DNA from: an uncultured Chroococcidiopsis sp.
GTDB lineage: Bacteria; Cyanobacteriota; Cyanobacteriia; Cyanobacteriales; Chroococcidiopsidaceae
NCBI GenBank assembly: GCA_964248365.1
Contig: CAXTYC010000004.1
Location: 32,001-96,000, forward strand
Reading direction: 5' to 3'
DNA: 64,000 nucleotides
The translations under genes were made by a program, and so were the position numbers. This document shows positions 58,316-64,000 of the stretch, piece by piece. Under the pieces are notes generated by a model. The model saw only the letters and a list, made by a program, of their open reading frames with translations, did not search any database and was not told where the DNA came from. The stretch's first letter is position 1, and each line of letters starts with the position of its first letter.

Positions 58316-58642
58316 ATGGATAAAAGAATCAGTGTTTTCGGACAAGTAATCGTGAATACTACTGAAAAAATTTATGAGCTAGTAAGGCAATGGTGTTTCG
58401 CCCGTGACCAACGTAGAGCCAGCGAAGCGCTTCGCCAGATAGCGATTATAACAGGGTGCATCCCAGATCTCCCAGAATACTTGAACGAAAAACAGGGCAA
58501 GGTTGTGGTTAAGTGGCTACAAGAAAATCACCCCAATGCTTACCTATGGGCTATAAGTCAATTCTGTGTGGGTCATCCAGCAACAGTCTGGGGTATGGGT
58601 TTTGCTAATCCTCGCAGTGTAACGCCTAAATTCGCGCAATAG
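58316..58642 (+). CDS. Hypothetical protein
   Basis: 108-aa ATG ORF 17 bp upstream of the DUF4327 gene. Confidence 0.6.
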   Translation: MDKRISVFGQVIVNTTEKIYELVRQWCFARDQRRASEALRQIAIITGCIPDLPEYLNEKQGKVVVKWLQENHPNAYLWAISQFCVGHPATVWGMGFANPRSVTPKFAQ

Positions 58643-58659
58643 GTTTGTGAGTAAAAACG

Positions 58660-58893
58660 ATGGTTGTAAATACATTGCCCGTTGCCCTGTACTCCTTGGA
58701 TGTAATTAAACAGGAAGCGCATCACTTGGTAAACAAAGGAGTAGTCAGCCGAAATCAACCGATATATACACTCTGTCAGTACATTCCAGCACGAGAGTGG
58801 ACTTGTTTTGAGCGGGAGTTGGAAATAAACGAATTTTTACTGCGCGATCGCATTGGCGATCTGCTAGGTCGGGAAGAATGGGATAATGACTAA
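58660..58893 (+). CDS. DUF4327 family protein
   Basis: YSLDVIKQEA.HLV, SRNQPIYTLCQYIPAREW, RDRIGDL..EEW.ND. Confidence 0.9.
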   Translation: MVVNTLPVALYSLDVIKQEAHHLVNKGVVSRNQPIYTLCQYIPAREWTCFERELEINEFLLRDRIGDLLGREEWDND

Positions 58894-59065
58894 AATGAGG
58901 GGCTAGAGGCTAGGGGCTAGAAGAGAGCTGAGGGAGCTGAGGAAGCTGAGGAAGCTGAGGAGATGAGGAAAAAGGGAGATAGGGAGAAATCCCCTCATCA
59001 CCTCACCACAATCACCCCTCATCCTCTTCCCCTAGCCCCTAGCCTCCAGCCCCTAGCCCCTAGCC

Positions 59066-59374
59066 TCAAGTAGTGTACGTGTAGCACACTGCTACACCAT
59101 CCACAATGGTAACTGTAATTGTTTCTGCTTTACACCCTTGCCCTACGTTATATGTGCAGTCAATTACATCGCACTGGGACACATCGCCCACTCCCATCGC
59201 AACCTGCATTGTAGTTACTGGCTCTTGTGTGTAGGTGTAACATTTAGCCAGATTATCTTCAAAGGTAATGTCGATTGCTCCGGCTGTACACTGCTGACCT
59301 TTGTTGTGGGTGCAGTTAATTACGCCGCATTGGTACACAAGACCTAGATCCCTAGGATCGCTTCTTTGAAGCAT
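59066..59374 (-). CDS. Tandem DUF1540-like Cys-rich protein
   Basis: Two repeats of C.V..C.(H/Y)N....C.A..I.I......C.TY. Confidence 0.85.
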   Translation of the reverse strand: MLQRSDPRDLGLVYQCGVINCTHNKGQQCTAGAIDITFEDNLAKCYTYTQEPVTTMQVAMGVGDVSQCDVIDCTYNVGQGCKAETITVTIVDGVAVCYTYTT

Positions 59375-59694
59375 AGCATTTTACTGCCGCAAGTCGTTTG
59401 ATTACAGCACTTTATCACGCTGGAACCAGAAGAAATCGTATCGTAGGCAACACCCCCACCCAGGTAGCTATCCAAACTCATCAAAACAGTTTACAGATCC
59501 GCCCAAGGTAGGGAAAAATAGAATAACGAATAATCAATTTTAGATTTTGAAAACCTTAGATTTTGGATTAAAAGATTTTCCCTACATACCCCAAAACAAA
59601 ACAATCTAAAATCAGGAATCAGTAATTTTCAAGCTCCAACCGAAATTAGCTCGAAGTGAATCTAAAATCTAAAATCTAAAATCTAAAATTCTTT

Positions 59695-60387
59695 ATGGCA
59701 CAAGTAGAAATCTACAGTTCGACAGTTTGCCCTTATGCCCATCGCACACGGCTAGCTTTGCTAGAGAAGGGTATAGACTTCAAACTGACTGAGATTGATC
59801 TAGAAAATAAGCCAGAAGGGTTTACTGAGATTTCGCCTTATGGTAAAGTACCAGTAATTAGGTATAAAAATGATCGTGTTTGGGAATCTTCAATCATCAA
59901 TGAGTATCTAGATGAAGTGTTTCCCACGCCGCTATTGATGCCAAGCGATGCGGGAACTAGAGCAATCGCCCGCATCTGGATTGATTTTGCTAATACTAAA
60001 TTCATCCCAGCCTTTTATAAGTTACTGCTAAACCAAGATCCAGCACAACAGCAAGAATGGGCGCAAGAGTTACACAATCATTTGTTGTTCATGGAGTCTG
60101 AAGGCTGGGGTAAATCTGAGAACGGTTCCTATTGGCTAGGAGAATCGGTTAGCCTAGTTGATTTATCTTTCTACCCCTGGTTTGAACGCTGGGCTGTGCT
60201 AGAACATTATCGTGGCTTTACCTTGCCATCCCAGTGCAAGCGACTAAAGCAATGGCACTTGACTATGGCTAATCGTGAATCTGTAGCTGCGATCGCGCAT
60301 CGAGCAGACTTCTACATTCAACAATACATCAAATACGCCAGTGGTACAGCCTCCGGCATCACCGCCCAAGAAATGCGACGAGTATAA
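59695..60387 (+). CDS. Glutathione S-transferase (omega-like, CPYA)
   Basis: CPYAHR, GKVPV, ESSIINEYLDE, SLVDL.FYPWFER. Confidence 0.93.
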   Translation: MAQVEIYSSTVCPYAHRTRLALLEKGIDFKLTEIDLENKPEGFTEISPYGKVPVIRYKNDRVWESSIINEYLDEVFPTPLLMPSDAGTRAIARIWIDFANTKFIPAFYKLLLNQDPAQQQEWAQELHNHLLFMESEGWGKSENGSYWLGESVSLVDLSFYPWFERWAVLEHYRGFTLPSQCKRLKQWHLTMANRESVAAIAHRADFYIQQYIKYASGTASGITAQEMRRV

Positions 60388-60451
60388 CAAAGTAGGGTGG
60401 GCATTGCCCACCATATCTAATAATTATATTTAATAATTATTAAGTTGCAAT

Positions 60452-60835
60452 TCAAAGTTTAAACATACGCCCTAGCCAAACAAAGGCAAAAACCCCCAAT
60501 AGCAACCAGATAGCAACCACTACAACAGCTGCTATCCAACTGTTAGGGGTAGATTGATTCATAGCCACTTCAGCCTGTTTGCGGCAATCTTCTAAAACCG
60601 CTGGGGGAATCATCCTCACAACCAGAATAATCCCCAATGGCACTAATACCAGATCATCCAAATATCCGATGACAGGAATTATGTCAGGAATTAAGTCTAT
60701 AGGACTAAGGGCATAAGCAACGACAATTGCTGCTAATGTCCTAGCATACCAAGGAACTCTGGAATCTTTACAGGCAAGGTAGATTACCAATGTCTCTTTT
60801 TTTAGTTTCCTTACCTGTTGTTTCCAGTCTTTCAT
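60452..60835 (-). CDS. YkvA/DUF1232 family membrane protein
   Basis: YALSPIDLIPD.IPVIGYLDD. Confidence 0.92.
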   Translation of the reverse strand: MKDWKQQVRKLKKETLVIYLACKDSRVPWYARTLAAIVVAYALSPIDLIPDIIPVIGYLDDLVLVPLGIILVVRMIPPAVLEDCRKQAEVAMNQSTPNSWIAAVVVVAIWLLLGVFAFVWLGRMFKL

Positions 60836-60925
60836 TATAGTGACTATTGGCTAGTGGAACCAGTGGAACCAGTGGCTGGCTTTTTTCTAGTCACTAGTCA
60901 CCAGTTCCACTAGTTCCACTATTTT

Positions 60926-62185
60926 TTAACCCACGACAGCTGATACTGGCTGATTTAGTGCTGCTTTCAACACCTCAGCCTTATCTGTCCGTTCCCAAGG
61001 CAACTCTAAATCAGTGCGTCCAAAGTGACCGTAAGCGGCGACATCTTGGTAGAAGCGCCCACTTCTTTCGGCTGGTAAGGAGCGCAAGTTGAATGCATGA
61101 ATGATTCCAGCCGGACGCAGTTCAAAATGCTGGAGTACCAACTCTAGCAAACGCTCATCATCAATTTTGCCAGTGCCAAAGGTTTCCACCAAAATGCTGA
61201 CTGGTCGAGCTACTCCAATTGCATAGCTTAGCTGAACTTCGCACTTGTCTGCTAGTCCTGCGGCAACAATATTCTTAGCGACGTAGCGACAGGCATAGGC
61301 AGCACTACGGTCTACCTTGGTTGGGTCTTTACCTGAAAATGCGCCGCCGCCGTGCCTGGAGTACCCACCATAGGTATCAACAATAATTTTGCGTCCTGTC
61401 AGCCCTGCATCTCCTTGGGGACCACCGATGACAAACTTTCCGGTAGGATTGACCAAAAAGCGGGTTTCGCTATCTGGTTGAAGGTCAACATCGGCAAAAA
61501 CAGGTTCTACTACTGCTGCCCAGAGGTCTTCTTTAATCTTCGCTTGCACCGCTGCCTCATCGGTGATGTCGCCAATGGTAGGGGCGTGTTGGGTGGAAAT
61601 CAGAATGGTATCAATTCCCACTGGTCGTCCGTCTTCATAGGCAACGGTTACTTGAGTTTTACCATCTGGGCGTAAGTATGGCAAATCACCTGTTTTACGG
61701 ACTGCTGCTAGACGGCGAGAAATCCGGTGAGCCAGACTGATGGGCAAGGGCATCAGTTCAGGAGTTTCGTTACAGGCGAAGCCGAACATGATTCCCTGAT
61801 CGCCTGCGCCAATCGTATCAAATTTTTCGTCGCTATCTTGTCGGCTTTCTTGCGCGGTGTTGACACCCTGAGCAATATCAGGGGATTGTTCATCTAAAGC
61901 TACTAAAACAGCGCAGCTATTGGAACAGAAGCCATTAACGGCATCGGTGTAGCCAATTTCGGCTATTTTCTGCCGGATGAGATTGACGTAATTTATGTGA
62001 GCTTTGCTAGTAATTTCACCAGTAACTAATACTAATCCAGTATTTACGACTACTTCTGCTGCTACTCGGCTACTGGGATCTAGTGCCAGCAGTGCATCTA
62101 AAATAGTGTCGGAAATTTGATCGCAGATTTTATCTGGATGACCTTCGGTTACAGATTCTGAGGTAAATAGGTAGCGACGAGACAA
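60926..62185 (-). CDS. metK: S-adenosylmethionine synthetase
   Basis: [41 protein letters not shown]. Confidence 0.98.
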   Translation of the reverse strand: MSRRYLFTSESVTEGHPDKICDQISDTILDALLALDPSSRVAAEVVVNTGLVLVTGEITSKAHINYVNLIRQKIAEIGYTDAVNGFCSNSCAVLVALDEQSPDIAQGVNTAQESRQDSDEKFDTIGAGDQGIMFGFACNETPELMPLPISLAHRISRRLAAVRKTGDLPYLRPDGKTQVTVAYEDGRPVGIDTILISTQHAPTIGDITDEAAVQAKIKEDLWAAVVEPVFADVDLQPDSETRFLVNPTGKFVIGGPQGDAGLTGRKIIVDTYGGYSRHGGGAFSGKDPTKVDRSAAYACRYVAKNIVAAGLADKCEVQLSYAIGVARPVSILVETFGTGKIDDERLLELVLQHFELRPAGIIHAFNLRSLPAERSGRFYQDVAAYGHFGRTDLELPWERTDKAEVLKAALNQPVSAVVG

Positions 62186-62563
62186 AGGCAGTTCCTCCTA
62201 GAGTATTGCTAGTGTAACTAAGTTTTTACCTTGAGTTAGCTACTTTAATTGTGCAATCATAACGACATTGCCAATAGTGGGTAGTTCCCATCTTCGCAGA
62301 TACTTCAAAATAGCCCAATAGAATCAGTATTTTAGCTTAGTTTAAGGTAATTATTTTGGAAAAATTTTAGTTGCAAATGGGTAACATAAGTGCAATAAAA
62401 GTGTAAATTGTGTGTAAAGTTTGGAACAAGAGGGGCTAGAAGAGAGCAGGGGGAGCAAAAGGAGGCAAAAGGGAGCCCCGTGAGAAAATGCATTCAAATT
62501 TATTGACTTAAAAGGATAATATATGGTAAATTTTCAAGCCCTATCTTGAATCAGCCCCCTCAG

Positions 62564-62775
62564 AGGAGTCAACCCTTGGGAGAAACCTGATCGATAATTG
62601 GGCAACCTTGGGGAAAAGGAGCGGTATCCTCTGTCATTAATGGAAATTATTGATAATAAACCGCTCCTTTTCCCCCACATAGCAGGTGGGCGATGTCCTC
62701 AAAACCCAGGTAGAGAGAAAGCTTCGCCGTGAGACGGGCCGAACGGTTGCCCAATTTTCTATAACTTTGATGAAA
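62564..62775. ncRNA. Unidentified structured RNA or small mobile element
   Basis: Perfect 12-bp stem 62596-607/62745-756 enclosing a perfect 16-bp stem 62610-625/62660-675; flanked by CCCCCTCAG direct repeats. Confidence 0.5.
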
Positions 62776-62822
62776 CCCCCTCAGCCCCTCAGCCCTACTC
62801 CCTACTCGTCCCATTACTCCAC

Positions 62823-63554
62823 TTACAAAGCTTGGATTTCATCAAGAGAAGCGATCGCTACATCTGCTGTGTGTAAATGCGCCGCTTGGGGTTTACCCCA
62901 GCAGATGCCAATACAACCCGCCGCCTTTGCGTTACGTGCCATTTCTATATCTCCGGCGGAATCTCCTACCATCAAGGTAGCACTTGGTTCGACTCCTAAA
63001 GTTTGGCAAGCTTGCAAAAATAAAGCCGGATCTGGTTTACTAGGTCCTGAGTCTACCCCCATTTGCAGTTCAACGTAATCTTGTAGCCTATGGCGTTGGA
63101 CAAAGGCACGAACTCGTAATGTGGAAGCAGCTGAAAGAATTCCTAATTTTAGTCCAGCTTCAGATAGGTACTTTAGTACCTCCAAACTACCAACAAACAA
63201 AGGTGAAGGCGCTGTGCCAATCGAAGAGTCAGCTTCTTCAAAAGCACGACGAGCGATCGCACAGGATTCTAACCATCCCCTACCAGTTTCGGCAATATAA
63301 GCAGCCGCAGCTATTTCTGTTTCTCGCCGACTCCCTACCGCTAATAAACCTGTTGGATCGAGGCGATCGCCGTCTATGCCAAATGCCATTAATAGCGGTT
63401 CGCCAATACCTGGAATTTGGGCATCTATCAGGCGGGATCGCTTTTGTCCCAAAGAACGTAAATATGCTTCTGAATCTTCCAATGTACCATCTTTGTCAAA
63501 CACGATTGCCTGAATATTGGCAAATCTAACGCCTTTACATTGAATTGTTACCAA
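62823..63554 (-). CDS. HAD family hydrolase
   Basis: FDKDGTL, KPDP, MVGDSAGD. Confidence 0.92.
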   Translation of the reverse strand: MVTIQCKGVRFANIQAIVFDKDGTLEDSEAYLRSLGQKRSRLIDAQIPGIGEPLLMAFGIDGDRLDPTGLLAVGSRRETEIAAAAYIAETGRGWLESCAIARRAFEEADSSIGTAPSPLFVGSLEVLKYLSEAGLKLGILSAASTLRVRAFVQRHRLQDYVELQMGVDSGPSKPDPALFLQACQTLGVEPSATLMVGDSAGDIEMARNAKAAGCIGICWGKPQAAHLHTADVAIASLDEIQAL

Positions 63555-63616
63555 GGATCGATCCCCTTACAATGCGTGGATTTTAGATTTTAGATTTTGG
63601 ATTTATAGACTGGCAT

Positions 63617-63641
63617 AAAAAAAGAGGGATAACCCTCTTTT
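63617..63641 (-). terminator. Intrinsic terminator after rps1
   Basis: Minus strand AAAAGAGGG-TTAT-CCCTCTTTTTTT. Confidence 0.8.
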
Positions 63642-63681
63642 ACAAACGCAGCTATTTGAATCTTCTGTCCATTGGACGCAC

Positions 63682-64000
63682 TTACTCAACTGCTGCTGGT
63701 AAATCTTCTTCGTCTGCTGCTGGTATTTCTTCGTCAATTGCTGGCGGTATTTCTTCCTCAGATACTGCCTCAGACTCGTCAGACGAGGCAGCAGCTAGGT
63801 CAATACCTTGCTGTTTAGCTAGCAACTGTTCGCGGTACTTGGCAGCCATTTCCTCGGCTTTGTCATAGACCAAATCACGGTTTTTGATCATGTCTCCTGG
63901 TTCTGGTTCTAGCTGCTTGGTGGAGAGGGAAATCCGACCCCGTTCAGCATCTAAATCAATGATCATCACCTTGACTTCATCATTGACATTGAACACACTA
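63682..64000 (-). CDS. rpsA: 30S ribosomal protein S1, C-terminal part (truncated by window edge)
   Basis: VKVMIIDLDAERGRISLSTKQLEPEPGDM S1 domain end; acidic tail. Confidence 0.92.
   Translation of the reverse strand, partial: SVFNVNDEVKVMIIDLDAERGRISLSTKQLEPEPGDMIKNRDLVYDKAEEMAAKYREQLLAKQQGIDLAAASSDESEAVSEEEIPPAIDEEIPAADEEDLPAAVE

Noticed and set aside
62564..62775. SAM-I riboswitch upstream of metK (GGCAACC..GGTTGCC resembles P3)
   Set aside because: The AUC/GAG core, kink-turn and pseudoknot elements are absent on both strands, and the pairing is a plain perfect inverted repeat

Overview
Cyanobacterial chromosome segment. Support: the HIP1 octamer GCGATCGC recurs throughout, heptameric STRR tandem repeats fill many spacers, and the genes are cyanobacterial-type (pyrF-pyrE fusion, pentapeptide repeat protein, DUF4327). 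The housekeeping backbone comprises frr-pyrH, speB, pheS, surE, ribF, pyrFE, metK and rps1. Other routine content is a MoxR/DUF58/SpoIIM/RDD cluster, an ArsR-RND efflux unit, a Na+/H+ antiporter, tandem rhomboids and a CHASE3 kinase/NarL pair. Highlights: (1) a 28.2-34.8 kb module with a DTE-motif proton-pump-type rhodopsin, a voltage-gated channel with a non-canonical filter, DUF1622, HPP, a large di-heme cytochrome c and a pore-less voltage-sensor-like protein; (2) an unannotated ~200 bp strongly base-paired element with a promoter-like sequence and flanking 9-bp direct repeats upstream of metK; (3) an RHH/Mpo1-like/amidohydrolase/B12-radical-SAM cluster, and a divergent methyltransferase/desaturase pair inside the MoxR cluster; (4) a decayed HaeIII-like restriction-modification locus and other hidden pseudogenes; (5) REP/SDR/STRR repeats inserted in frame into essential enzymes. 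No rRNA, tRNA, CRISPR array or intact transposase was seen. All family calls come from motif recognition by eye, not from database searches.
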